Shown here: positions 16,530 to 26,438 of the stretch, piece after piece
Layout of the letters: each line of letters starts with the position of its first letter
Position numbering within the stretch: position 1 is the first letter of the stretch
From: Pseudomonadota bacterium
GTDB taxonomy: Bacteria; Bdellovibrionota; Bdellovibrionia; Bdellovibrionales; Bdellovibrionaceae
DNA: 29,053 bases
Reading direction: 5' to 3'
NCBI GenBank assembly: GCA_041178425.1
Contig: JBEGVH010000007.1
Coordinates: 1 to 29,053, forward strand
Translations under genes and position numbers: made by a program
Notes under the pieces: generated by a model
The model's input: the letters and a program-made list of their open reading frames with translations, nothing else
The model's database searches: none
Told to the model about the DNA's origin: nothing

Positions 16530-17651
16530 ATGTTTCAATGGAATTTTGATTACGACGTTTCACTTTTGAAAACCATGGTGGGAGGAGACTCTTCCCTCGA
16601 TGCCCCACGCCTTTATGTGGAAAATCTCGAAGAAGCCTATGCCTTTCTTAAAAGCTATGGATTCGACATTCATGATCCCAAACAAGAAAAACGAACATGG
16701 TATTTTCACATGCGTGCACTTTCTTTTTTGAGAGAAAAAATTCTTGATAAAGACGAAGAAATTCCAGACATCATCGCCGATCCAAAACAGCTTAAAGACA
16801 TAAGAAATCTTTTGGTTTGGGCCTCTCAAAAAGAGTTTTCTCCCTTACGTCGTTGGTCGTGTGCCGTGCTACGAGTGGCCCACGTTTTTGTTCATGCCGA
16901 AAATGATCTTTTTAGTTACTATGCAGAAGAGGTTCAACGCCAGATTTTGGGGCCAATACAGGCTTGTGTGGTTCACGAGGGCGAGCGGGTTTTTCTAAAA
17001 CACCCTTTCTCTTCTGATGAAGTCACGCTCAAGGCCTTTGAGGTGAAGCCGTTTAAGACCTCGAGTAGTGAAGTTCTAAAAATGCTCGCTAAACCTGAAG
17101 TTGTAGCTCTCAAAGTTTTAGATAAGATTGGTGTGCGGTTTATTACTCGTAGCCTCTTTGATGCTTTTCAGGTCGCTCTTTTTTTGGCCGATCGACATCT
17201 CGTCAATTTTGCCCATGTGATTCCTGATCAGTCGTCGAATAATTTGTATCCATTGCCTATATTTCTATCCACCTTAAAAGAGCTTTGCGACCTTCGTGAT
17301 CAAGGAAACCCTGTCAACTTTGCAACCATGAATCAGTTGTTAAATGAGCGCTGGACAAGAAAAGAAAATCAAGAGGGATTAATTCGTAAAGAAAACTTGT
17401 TTTCTGACTCTGATTATCGATTTATCAAATTTATTTGTCGTAAACTCATCACGGTTAATAGAGAGGGCGCTGAACCCTTTAGCTTTTTTTATCCTTTTGA
17501 GGTGCAAATAGTTGATGAGGCTTCTTACTTACAGAACCAGTCGGGGCCGTCTAATCACGCGTTGTATAAAGAGAGGCAGCGTCAGGCAGCAAGGCAACGT
17601 TTGTTTCCAGACCTTGTCTTAGAACCAAAACAGACGGCTCATTTACCATGA
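16530..17651 (+). CDS. TIGR04552-like protein with RelA/SpoT-synthetase-like nucleotidyltransferase motifs
   Basis: KPFKTSSS..LKMLAK, DKIGVRFIT, YRFIKF, FFYPFEVQIVD, HALYKERQ; N-terminal GGDSSLD. Start placed at ATG 16530. Confidence 0.75.
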   Translation: MFQWNFDYDVSLLKTMVGGDSSLDAPRLYVENLEEAYAFLKSYGFDIHDPKQEKRTWYFHMRALSFLREKILDKDEEIPDIIADPKQLKDIRNLLVWASQKEFSPLRRWSCAVLRVAHVFVHAENDLFSYYAEEVQRQILGPIQACVVHEGERVFLKHPFSSDEVTLKAFEVKPFKTSSSEVLKMLAKPEVVALKVLDKIGVRFITRSLFDAFQVALFLADRHLVNFAHVIPDQSSNNLYPLPIFLSTLKELCDLRDQGNPVNFATMNQLLNERWTRKENQEGLIRKENLFSDSDYRFIKFICRKLITVNREGAEPFSFFYPFEVQIVDEASYLQNQSGPSNHALYKERQRQAARQRLFPDLVLEPKQTAHLP

Positions 17652-18370
17652 ATCCTATAGCTTTGATTCGAAGTGCTCTGGTTGCGTTGATATATCCTGT
17701 TGTGATTTTATTTTTTTCTATCATCATTGTTTTTCTAGGTGCAATTCCTGGCGGGCGTTCTATTCAAGATAAAGTTGTGGGCTGGTGGGCTCGATTCTCT
17801 TTATGGCTTTTTGGTGTTGATATTGAGGTTATCGGAGAAGAGAAAATTCCACTCCAAGGTTATATTGGTCTTTTTAATCACACTTCCAATTTTGACATTC
17901 TGGCCGTTCAATCTGTGATCAATCGGATTCGATTCGGGGCTAAAATTGAGTTGTTTCGAATTCCTGTTTTTGGCCAAGCGATGCGTGCAGCGAGAGCCTT
18001 GCCGATTGCAAGAGCTAGGCGGGAAGAGGTCATTAAAGTTTACGATGAGGCAAAGCTACGTTTGCGTGCGGGAGAGTGTTTTATCTTATCGCCTGAGGGA
18101 ACTCGGCAATCCGAAGAAAGGCTTGGAGCTTTTAAATCGGGTCCATTTCTCTTTGCCATCTCAGCTCAGGTACCCCTGCTGCCTATAGGGATTAAGGGAG
18201 CTAGTAAGATTCAGCCTAAAAAATCTTTGCTCCCTAATGTTCATCATTGGAAATCTAAGATCGAAATCAGAATTGGTGATCCAATCGAAACCATAGGCCT
18301 AACTTCTGAAGATAAGGCTGATCTTCAAGAGAAGGTACGTCTTGAATTTTTCAATCTCGGACTACAATAG
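17648..18370 (+). CDS. 1-acyl-sn-glycerol-3-phosphate (lysophospholipid) acyltransferase, PlsC family
   Basis: NHTSNFD catalytic motif, AKIELF, PEGTR, FKSG; ATGA overlap with the upstream gene. Confidence 0.92.
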   Translation: MNPIALIRSALVALIYPVVILFFSIIIVFLGAIPGGRSIQDKVVGWWARFSLWLFGVDIEVIGEEKIPLQGYIGLFNHTSNFDILAVQSVINRIRFGAKIELFRIPVFGQAMRAARALPIARARREEVIKVYDEAKLRLRAGECFILSPEGTRQSEERLGAFKSGPFLFAISAQVPLLPIGIKGASKIQPKKSLLPNVHHWKSKIEIRIGDPIETIGLTSEDKADLQEKVRLEFFNLGLQ

Positions 18371-18380
18371 GCGTTTTATT

Positions 18381-19187
18381 CTAGTCGATGAGAAGCTGTT
18401 GAAATCTTGAATACGCTAATCGAGTGCTGACTCCAGCAAACAAAAAAAGCGCTGCTATAGAAATAAATAAGCTGTGTTGAGTGTCAATGCCCAGGAGATA
18501 GCGCACAGCATGGACGCCATGAATGAGCGGAAAGTAGTGAATCGCTATCTGGATTGAATTAGGCATTTGAATGATTGGAAAGTAAGTGTCGCTGAAAAAA
18601 CTCAAGGGTAATAAAAACCCAGAGACGGCATAGTTGAAAAAGTCATAATTTTTGGCGAAGGTGGTAAAGAAAAGTCCAAAAGCGGCTCCAATAAAGGAAA
18701 CTAAAAACAACAAAATTATTGATGGAATAATCATCCAGGTTTCGTAGATATTCAAGAACCTTCCAACTAGCGCCACAGCAATACAGCTGATGGTGCCTTT
18801 AAAGGCGGCCCATAGGAGCTCGGCCCACAGAATTTCAACTGGTTCGATGGGTGTCATGAGGATGGTGCGGTACACTTTTTGGTGGGTCAATTTAGTGTAG
18901 TAGTTATAGGTGGCTTCAAAAAAGGGGACACTGAAAGAAGTAACAGTAAGTAGCGCTGGAAAGTAAAATTCAAGATAGGTTTTTCCGTTGATAGCTGAAA
19001 CATAGTTTCCTATGCCATAGCCGATAGCCAAAAGAGACAGAAAAGGTTCAAAAAAAATCCAAGTGAGGGTAACCCAGAACGTGTAGCGAAATTGCAGAAA
19101 ATTGCGCATCCAAACGGTTTTCACTCCATTGAGTCTTCGAGGAAGAGGAGTGGTCAGATTCCTGTGTAAAGCTCTGGTTATTTCCAT
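18381..19187 (-). CDS. ABC-2 type permease (NodJ-like)
   Basis: FEPFLSLLAIGYGIG, YLEFYFPAL, ILMTPI, FFSDTYFPI, PLIHGV; about 6 TM helices. Confidence 0.9.
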   Translation of the reverse strand: MEITRALHRNLTTPLPRRLNGVKTVWMRNFLQFRYTFWVTLTWIFFEPFLSLLAIGYGIGNYVSAINGKTYLEFYFPALLTVTSFSVPFFEATYNYYTKLTHQKVYRTILMTPIEPVEILWAELLWAAFKGTISCIAVALVGRFLNIYETWMIIPSIILLFLVSFIGAAFGLFFTTFAKNYDFFNYAVSGFLLPLSFFSDTYFPIIQMPNSIQIAIHYFPLIHGVHAVRYLLGIDTQHSLFISIAALFLFAGVSTRLAYSRFQQLLID

Positions 19188-19189
19188 TT

Positions 19190-20110
19190 TTAGTCCTTTA
19201 GAGCATGGCCCGCGAAGCGGAGAAAAACATCGTTGAGAGAAGCCGGTCTAATAACAATGTCCTGACTTGGGACAGTGCTTAGAAGTTTTTCGGGTCGATT
19301 TTGTTCATGTAGAAAAATCACAATTTTATTTTCGAGCGCTATAAAATCAGTATTTTCTTGTGTGAGTTTGCGAGAAAAATAGGGAATATCCTCATTCTTT
19401 AATCCTATTTCAAGAACCTGCAATCCCACATTTGCCTCAATCAATGCTTTGGGGGTTCCCATCGTTAAGATGGTTCCCTTATCCATGATCGCTATCCGGT
19501 CACAGAGTTGCTCTGCTTCTTCCATATAGTGAGTGGTGAGCACTATGGTTTTTCCTTCGAGTTTGAATCGTTTCAAGATATCCCAAATAAATAAACGAGC
19601 TTGAGGATCAAGGCCTGTGGTTGGTTCATCAAGAAAAAGAATGTCGGGATTATTAATAAGGCTTCTTGCGATTGTTAGACGCCGTTTCATGCCTCCACTG
19701 AGGTGTTCGACGGGGCTATGGGCTACGTCATCGAGTTTAACAAGGCGAAGAAGCGTTTGAGCTCGTTCTTTCGCCTCTTCAGGAGGGATGGCGTGGTAGC
19801 TGGAGTAAACGAGTAAGTTATCAAGCACAGAAAAATCAACATCTAGGCCATCTTCTTGGGGGACTACACCAATTTTTGCCTTAACTTCGCGTGATTGGCT
19901 TTTCATGTTGAGCCCAAGAACAAAAAGCTCTCCGTGGTGAATTCGGGTAAGGCCGTACATCATTCGCATTGTTGTGGATTTACCCGCGCCATTAGGTCCG
20001 AGCACGCCAAAGCATTCACCACGACTGACCTCAAAATTAATTCCATTGACGGCCATTTTGTCGCCAAACTTTTTAGTGAGCCCTTTTGCCTCTATTGAGA
20101 TATTTGCCAT
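19190..20110 (-). CDS. ABC transporter ATP-binding protein (NodI-like)
   Basis: Walker A GPNGAGKS, signature LSGGMKRR, Walker B FLDEPTTGLDPQAR, LTTHYMEEAEQLCDR. Confidence 0.95.
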   Translation of the reverse strand: MANISIEAKGLTKKFGDKMAVNGINFEVSRGECFGVLGPNGAGKSTTMRMMYGLTRIHHGELFVLGLNMKSQSREVKAKIGVVPQEDGLDVDFSVLDNLLVYSSYHAIPPEEAKERAQTLLRLVKLDDVAHSPVEHLSGGMKRRLTIARSLINNPDILFLDEPTTGLDPQARLFIWDILKRFKLEGKTIVLTTHYMEEAEQLCDRIAIMDKGTILTMGTPKALIEANVGLQVLEIGLKNEDIPYFSRKLTQENTDFIALENKIVIFLHEQNRPEKLLSTVPSQDIVIRPASLNDVFLRFAGHALKD

Positions 20111-20116
20111 CCGTGC

Positions 20117-21337
20117 CTATCTTTTTAAGCTGTTTCGAAGGTATTTGATCTGATTATTAATAGAGTTAAATTCAAACGTTAGTAGTTTATAACCAACATC
20201 TATTTGAACTTCGATGGTTGACGAGCCACTGGCTCGAATGTTGTGGAGTCGCAAATGCTTTGGCGCGTGATGAAGAACCTTGTGGCTTTGTTGGGCGATT
20301 TGATCCCAACGAAGGTAGCTTTGAAAAGTCGCACCATGATCAAGCGAAATCTGGTCGCCAACAACGAGGGTGCCCTTGGGGCCGATAGCGACGGGATGAT
20401 TCCCTTCGGCAAACTGATCGAGGAGCGACCATGTTTCTCCATCTTGCGATAAAAATATACCATCGGCAGAAATTAGAGAGAGCTTTTCGGCGTCTTTGTT
20501 AGTGACTAAGGGGGTTTGAGAAAATATTTTTCTACTCATCAGTTCATCATGGGTTAGTATAATTTTCGAAATTTTCATTTCTGGATCTGGGATTTGCCAC
20601 CAAATATTACCATGATTAGGTAATAAGCTTTGATGCCATTGGCGCAGTTCTTTTTTTATAATCGCAACCTTTGAAAAAGCCTTAAAATCAGGCGCGGGAA
20701 TAGTGCCCGGCTCTCTAGTTCGAGGCGAAGGCCGAATGAACGCCACGTTGGCATCAGGTTCCCAAGTCTTGATCTTTGAAACTGGAAGCTCTGTATTTTG
20801 GGTGGAAACAATGGTGGCGCCATTTCTAACTTTGACACTGTGCCACCTTCCAAGTTCGTCCTGAACTTTTTGAGCAGCATCGATGGCTAAAAGAATTTTA
20901 TCGGTGGGTGCACAGACTTTTCCTAAGGAGTCCCACCCGCAAGCCCAATCGGATCGAACAGTGGTCACGGTGAGGGTCGTTCCTACATCGATTTTGTCAG
21001 CGGGTATCCACCCCTTGTTAAAACGCAGAACTTGTACTTTTTCTTTGATGATCGCCGTTTGTTCCATGGGAGAATGCTGTACAAAGTCTCTCAGATAAAA
21101 AAGATTTTTCTCAGGCACCCATTCTCTCAAGTTATTGTTTTCAACCCAATACCACGTATCGATCCTAGAGCTGATTTCTTTTTGTTTTAAAAGATCGAGG
21201 GCGGCTTCGCCCGATTCGAATTGGCTCATCGGATTGCGATAAAAGCGGACTATAGGCTCAATAAGGCCAGGTTGTTTGATGAGGGCTTCAGCTTGATAAG
21301 CCAATACTAGGCTAATGAATAAGCAAATCCTTTGCAT
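20117..21337 (-). CDS. Secreted hypothetical protein with SH3-like Trp-rich segments and two Asp-box motifs
   Basis: Signal peptide ending AEA; WYWVE...WVP, GTTLTV...SDWACG; SQDGETW and SLDHGATF. Confidence 0.75.
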   Translation of the reverse strand: MQRICLFISLVLAYQAEALIKQPGLIEPIVRFYRNPMSQFESGEAALDLLKQKEISSRIDTWYWVENNNLREWVPEKNLFYLRDFVQHSPMEQTAIIKEKVQVLRFNKGWIPADKIDVGTTLTVTTVRSDWACGWDSLGKVCAPTDKILLAIDAAQKVQDELGRWHSVKVRNGATIVSTQNTELPVSKIKTWEPDANVAFIRPSPRTREPGTIPAPDFKAFSKVAIIKKELRQWHQSLLPNHGNIWWQIPDPEMKISKIILTHDELMSRKIFSQTPLVTNKDAEKLSLISADGIFLSQDGETWSLLDQFAEGNHPVAIGPKGTLVVGDQISLDHGATFQSYLRWDQIAQQSHKVLHHAPKHLRLHNIRASGSSTIEVQIDVGYKLLTFEFNSINNQIKYLRNSLKR

Positions 21338-21343
21338 TCTCCC

Positions 21344-21371
21344 ATTTTAAAGGGAATGTGGGCGAGTTCAA
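21344..21371 (-). promoter_or_regulatory. Putative sigma70 promoter giving a leaderless transcript
   Basis: TTGAAC-N16-TAAAAT-N6-ATG(21337). Confidence 0.5.
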
Positions 21372-21521
21372 GAAGCGTCTCGTTTACTAGGCCGGAGTCA
21401 GGTTTTGCACTACGTGATGGCTAAAAATTTGCTGGACTAACCTCAGATCGCCGTCCAAATTAGGTCATTGATCGAGTCGAGCTAAACGACAGATTTATCA
21501 CAAAAAAAGGAGCGCTTTTAT

Positions 21522-22388
21522 ATGGAAATTAAAAACGTTGGTATTTTAGGTGCTGGGCAAATGGGCAATGGAATTGCGCAAGTCGCAGCGGCTTCTGGCT
21601 TTTCCGTTATGATGCAAGATATTTCAGAGAGTGCCTTAGAAAAAGGAATGGCAACTATCGCCAATAGCCTGGATCGTTTGATTAAAAAAGGATCGATGAC
21701 AGACGCGCAAAAAACAGAAGTGCTATCCCGAATTAAAACAACAACAAATGTTCAAGATTTTAAGAGTTGCGACATTGTGATTGAAGCGGCAACAGAAAAT
21801 ATCGATTTGAAATTAAAAATTTTCAAGCAGATCGATGAAATTCTTCCGGCTCATGCTCTTTTGGTTTCAAATACCTCTTCCATTTCAATCACCAAAATGG
21901 CGGCGGCCACTCGTCGTCCAGAAAAAGTGGCTGGAATGCATTTTATGAATCCTGTTCCCTTGATGAAATTGGTTGAAGGAATTCGTGGGTTACAAACTTC
22001 AGACGAAACTTTTTCTGCAATTAAAACCATGTCAGAAAAAATGGGAAAAGTTTTTGTCGAGTCAGTCAAAGACATGCCTGGCTTTATTGTCAATCGTATC
22101 CTTATGCCAATGATCAACGAAGCTGTTTACACCCTTCATGAAGGGATCGCTGGGGTTGAATCAATCGACGAGGCGATGAAGCTTGGAACCAATCAGCCGA
22201 TGGGCCCTTTAACTCTCGCTGATTTCATTGGTCTCGATACTTGCTTAGCCATCATGAATGTGTTGCACGAAGGTTTGGGCGATTCCAAATACCGTCCTTG
22301 TCCGCTCTTGGTTAAATATGTTGAAGCCGGTTGGTTGGGTCGCAAATCTGGGCGTGGCTTTTACAATTACGCCGAAATGAAAAAATAA
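21522..22388 (+). CDS. hbd: 3-hydroxybutyryl-CoA dehydrogenase
   Basis: GAGQMGNG, IEAATEN, SNTSS, GMHFMNP, GFIVNR, NQPMGPLTLADFIGLD, GRKSGRGFY; AAGGAG RBS. Confidence 0.95.
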   Translation: MEIKNVGILGAGQMGNGIAQVAAASGFSVMMQDISESALEKGMATIANSLDRLIKKGSMTDAQKTEVLSRIKTTTNVQDFKSCDIVIEAATENIDLKLKIFKQIDEILPAHALLVSNTSSISITKMAAATRRPEKVAGMHFMNPVPLMKLVEGIRGLQTSDETFSAIKTMSEKMGKVFVESVKDMPGFIVNRILMPMINEAVYTLHEGIAGVESIDEAMKLGTNQPMGPLTLADFIGLDTCLAIMNVLHEGLGDSKYRPCPLLVKYVEAGWLGRKSGRGFYNYAEMKK

Positions 22389-22402
22389 AGGAATACTTGG
22401 AA

Positions 22403-23194
22403 ATGGAATTTAAAAACATTCTTTTAAAAAATGACGAGAGTGGTGTTTGGGTTCTTACGATGAATCGCCCTCAAGCGTTGAATGCTCTCAATCTTGAAAC
22501 CCTGGGCGAGCTCGAACAAGCCGTCCATTTTCTCATGGAAAAAAAACCGATCGAGGCGCGTGCTCTTGTGCTAATAGGATCTGGTGAAAAGGCGTTCGTT
22601 GCAGGGGCTGATATCAAAGAAATGGTTTCTCTTTCTCCTGAACAAGCGAAAACGTTTTCAGAAAAAGGCCAAAAAGTATTGCGACAAATCGAGATGCTTA
22701 GAATGCCTGTGATCGCGGCTGTGAATGGATTTGCATTAGGCGGTGGTCTGGAATTGGCATTGAGTTGTGATTTTGTTTACGCCTCCGAAAATTCAAAATT
22801 TGGTTTGCCCGAGGTGGGTCTCGGCTTAATGCCGGGTTTTGGTGGATGCGTTCGCTTGTCTCGAGTCGTTGGACTCAACAAGGCTCGTGAATTGTCGATG
22901 ACCGGAGAAATGATCGGTGCAAACGATGCCCTCCAGATAGGTCTTGTACAAAAAGTACTACCGTCGACGGATTTGCTGGCTCACGCCATGAAAGTGGCAG
23001 CCACAATCGTTAGCCGAGGGCCTCGTGCGGTGGCTTCGGTGAAAAGAGTTGTAGTCGATGGCTACGATCTTGCGGCCGATGCGGCCCTAGCCCTCGAGGC
23101 TGACAGTTTCGGTCAGCTTTTTAAATTTAACGATAGCCGCGAAGGCATGACTGCTTTCGTAGAAAAACGTAAGGCTCAATTTCAAGGAAACTAA
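22403..23194 (+). CDS. crt: Enoyl-CoA hydratase (crotonase)
   Basis: NRPQALNAL, AFVAGADIKE, NGFALGGGLE, FGLPE, EGMTAFVEKR; start ATG 22403 after the hbd stop. Confidence 0.92.
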   Translation: MEFKNILLKNDESGVWVLTMNRPQALNALNLETLGELEQAVHFLMEKKPIEARALVLIGSGEKAFVAGADIKEMVSLSPEQAKTFSEKGQKVLRQIEMLRMPVIAAVNGFALGGGLELALSCDFVYASENSKFGLPEVGLGLMPGFGGCVRLSRVVGLNKARELSMTGEMIGANDALQIGLVQKVLPSTDLLAHAMKVAATIVSRGPRAVASVKRVVVDGYDLAADAALALEADSFGQLFKFNDSREGMTAFVEKRKAQFQGN

Positions 23195-23195
23195 T

Positions 23196-26100
23196 ATGGC
23201 TTACAAACCTCGGAACCCAATTCGTATTGTTACTGCGGCCTCTCTGTTTGATGGCCATGATGCTTCCATCAATATGATTCGTCGCCTTTTGCAAGAGGCT
23301 GGAGCCGAGGTGATCCATTTGGGTCATAATCGATCGGTCCTCGATGTGGTGAAAGCTGCTTTGCAAGAAGGCGCTCAGGGAATCTGTATGAGTTCTTATC
23401 AAGGTGGTCACATGGAGTACTTTAAGTACATGCGTGATCTTTTGAATGAAGCTGGCGCTCACTATGTTCAGATTTATGGTGGAGGCGGTGGGGTCATCAT
23501 TCACGAAGAAAAATTTGAGCTTGAGAAGTATGGTATTGCTCAAATTTTTCATCCAGATGATGGACGTCGTTTAGGGCTCGAGGGAATGACCGACCTCATT
23601 ATGCAAGGTTGTGATTACTCGCTCACCGAAGCTTTCGAGACGGCCTCCAAAAAAAATTTAAAACTTAGTCCGATTGATGTGCGTGATCCAATCCCACACC
23701 GAGAGTTAGGCGTTTGTTTGGCTGCCATCGAGGAGAGAAAAGCTCCCAATAAACAAATTTTAGGTGGCTTTCAAAAGTCTTCCAAAAAGCCACTTGTTCT
23801 GGGCATTACCGGAACGGGTGGAGCGGGTAAATCGTCACTGATCGATGAATTAGTCCTTCGATTTTTAGAAGCCTATGATCATGCAAAAATTGGTGTGCTC
23901 TGTGTAGACCCTTCGAAGCGAAAAACCGGGGGCAGTCTTCTAGGGGATCGTATTCGTATGAACTCCCTCGGCAGGCAAAGAGTGTTTATGCGCTCAATTG
24001 CCTCGCGGGGTTCAGGCAAAGAAATTGCGGATAGCTTGCCCGAGATGTTGAAGTTTTGCCGCGATCTCGATTTTGATCTTTTGATTGCAGAGACGAGTGG
24101 AATTGGTCAGGGCAATGTCGCGATCACAGAAGTGAGTGATGTGAGTCTTTACGTGATGACGTCTGAGTTTGGGGCTCAAAGCCAGCTCGAAAAAATTGAT
24201 ATGATTGATTTTGCCGACCTGATAGCAATTAACAAAGCGGATCGTCGTGGTTCAAAAGATGCACTTCGTGATGTTAGTAAACAGTATCGCAGGTCACGAA
24301 AAATTTTCGATCAATCGGTCGATGTTCCAGTATTTTTAACCCAAGCTGCTCAGTTTTGTGATGGTGGAGTTGATCGTCTCTTTGTGGCCCTCAACAAGGC
24401 CTTGGGAGCCAAGGACGAATACTGGAAAGTGGATGATTCTTATTTGGCGACAAGAGAGGCGCGAGAAGAACAAACAATTATTCCGAGTGAGCGACAAAAT
24501 TACTTAGCTGAAATTGTCCACACTATTCGCCGATACAAAGAACGAACTGATGAATTAGCCGAAAAAGCAAGTCTTCTTGGCGCTCTCACCAAGGCCAATA
24601 AAGAATGTTTAAAGGATGAACTGAAAATCCCGGAGATTCAAAAAGCACTAACCAATGAATTCTCCTTAGAAGAGAAGGGTTTGTTAGAATCATGGGATTC
24701 ACTGCAGCTACGCTACGGTGGTGACGATTTAAAATTCGAAGTGCGGGGACAAGTTTTTGCACAACCTCTGGTTTCGAAGAGCTTGAGTGGAACTAGAATT
24801 CCTCGCGTTGTGTTGCCAAAACTCCGTGATTGGGGTGATCGCTTTCGTTACTTGAGAATGGAAAACGTTCCTGGCGAATTTCCCTATACAGCTGGAGTGT
24901 TTCCACTGAAGAGAACCGATGAAGAACCTAAGCGAATGTTCGCCGGAGAGGGTGGGCCCGAGCGCACGAATCGGCGATTTCACTATTTATGCCAAGGAGA
25001 AAAAGCTCATCGTTTGTCGACGGCTTTTGATAGCGTAACCCTCTATGGGCAAGATCCAGATACGCGTCCAGATATTTTTGGTAAGGTGGGTGAGAGCGGA
25101 GTTAGTATTTGTACCCTCGAAGATATGAAAAAGCTTTATTCTGGTTTCGATCTTTGCGCCCCGAGCACGAGCGTGAGTATGACCATCAATGGGCCCGCAC
25201 CCATGATATTGGCCTTTTTCTTCAATACGGCTATCGATCAACAAAAAGAGAAAAAAGAAAAAGCCCTAGGGCGAGTCCTTACTGCTGAGGAACTTCACCA
25301 ACTGCGCGATGAAACGGTTCAGCAGGTGCGCGGAACAGTTCAGGCAGATATTCTCAAAGAAGATCAGGGGCAAAATACCTGCATCTTTTCGATTCAATTT
25401 GCACTCAAAATGATGGGAGACATCCAAGAGTATTTTGTAGGTAAGAAAATCCGAAACTTCTATTCTGTGAGTATCTCGGGTTATCATATCGCCGAAGCTG
25501 GTGCGAATCCAATCTCTCAGTTAGCGTTTACTCTTTCGAATGGGTTTACCTTCGTTGAGTACTATCTTTCGCGGGGATTAAAAATTGATGATTTTGCTCC
25601 TAACTTGTCGTTCTTTTTTAGCAATGGGCTTGATCCCGAATACACGGTTTTAGGTCGCGTCGCTCGCCGCATCTGGGCCATTGTTATGCGCGATAAGTAC
25701 GGTGCAAATGATCGCTCGCAGAAGCTCAAGTATCACATTCAAACGAGTGGTCGATCGCTGCACGCTCAAGAGATTGATTTTAATGATATACGAACTACCT
25801 TGCAGGCGTTGATAGCTCTTTACGATAACTGTAACTCACTTCATACCAATGCCTACGATGAAGCTATTACGACTCCGACCGAGGAGTCTGTACGAAGAGC
25901 CATGGCCATTCAGATGATCATTAATCGTGAATTTGGAATGATGAAAAATGAAAACCCTGTTCAGGGGGCTTATTTTGTTGATGAGCTGACCGAGTTGGTT
26001 GAAGAGGCAGTCCTTAATGAATTTTTGCGAATCAATGAGCGCGGTGGAGTTCTTGGCGCTATGGAAACTCAATACCAACGTTCACGTATTCAAGAAGAGT

Positions 26101-26438
26101 CGCTTTACTATGAACATTTGAAGCACTCAGGTGAGTTGCCTATCATTGGAGTGAATACCTTTATCAATCCGAAAACATTAGACCCCAATTACATTCCACC
26201 AAAAATCGAGTTGGCGCGAGCGAGTTACGATGAAAAACAAGATCAGTTAAAATCGTGCCAAAATTTTCAGGGCGAGAACGCTGATTTATCGGTTTTTGCA
26301 TTGAAGCATTTGAAAGCTCAAGTTGTAGCCGGTGGTAATATTTTTGAAGCACTCATGGATGCGGCGCGGGTTTGTAGTTTGTATCAAATGACCCAAGCCC
26401 TCTACGAAGTTGGTGGCCAATATCGTAGGAATTTATAA
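23196..26438 (+). CDS. icmF: Fused isobutyryl-CoA mutase/GTPase IcmF (AdoCbl-dependent)
   Basis: N-terminal B12-binding DGHD, MeaB-like GTGGAGKSS / GDRIRMN / NKAD, mutase barrel with RMFAGEG (Phe rather than Tyr), QADILKEDQGQN. Confidence 0.95.
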   Translation: MAYKPRNPIRIVTAASLFDGHDASINMIRRLLQEAGAEVIHLGHNRSVLDVVKAALQEGAQGICMSSYQGGHMEYFKYMRDLLNEAGAHYVQIYGGGGGVIIHEEKFELEKYGIAQIFHPDDGRRLGLEGMTDLIMQGCDYSLTEAFETASKKNLKLSPIDVRDPIPHRELGVCLAAIEERKAPNKQILGGFQKSSKKPLVLGITGTGGAGKSSLIDELVLRFLEAYDHAKIGVLCVDPSKRKTGGSLLGDRIRMNSLGRQRVFMRSIASRGSGKEIADSLPEMLKFCRDLDFDLLIAETSGIGQGNVAITEVSDVSLYVMTSEFGAQSQLEKIDMIDFADLIAINKADRRGSKDALRDVSKQYRRSRKIFDQSVDVPVFLTQAAQFCDGGVDRLFVALNKALGAKDEYWKVDDSYLATREAREEQTIIPSERQNYLAEIVHTIRRYKERTDELAEKASLLGALTKANKECLKDELKIPEIQKALTNEFSLEEKGLLESWDSLQLRYGGDDLKFEVRGQVFAQPLVSKSLSGTRIPRVVLPKLRDWGDRFRYLRMENVPGEFPYTAGVFPLKRTDEEPKRMFAGEGGPERTNRRFHYLCQGEKAHRLSTAFDSVTLYGQDPDTRPDIFGKVGESGVSICTLEDMKKLYSGFDLCAPSTSVSMTINGPAPMILAFFFNTAIDQQKEKKEKALGRVLTAEELHQLRDETVQQVRGTVQADILKEDQGQNTCIFSIQFALKMMGDIQEYFVGKKIRNFYSVSISGYHIAEAGANPISQLAFTLSNGFTFVEYYLSRGLKIDDFAPNLSFFFSNGLDPEYTVLGRVARRIWAIVMRDKYGANDRSQKLKYHIQTSGRSLHAQEIDFNDIRTTLQALIALYDNCNSLHTNAYDEAITTPTEESVRRAMAIQMIINREFGMMKNENPVQGAYFVDELTELVEEAVLNEFLRINERGGVLGAMETQYQRSRIQEESLYYEHLKHSGELPIIGVNTFINPKTLDPNYIPPKIELARASYDEKQDQLKSCQNFQGENADLSVFALKHLKAQVVAGGNIFEALMDAARVCSLYQMTQALYEVGGQYRRNL

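Noticed and set aside
21338..21521. Cobalamin riboswitch upstream of hbd-crt-icmF
   Set aside because: The region is short, shared with a divergent promoter, and I could not see a B12-box or the conserved core; an Infernal scan would settle it.
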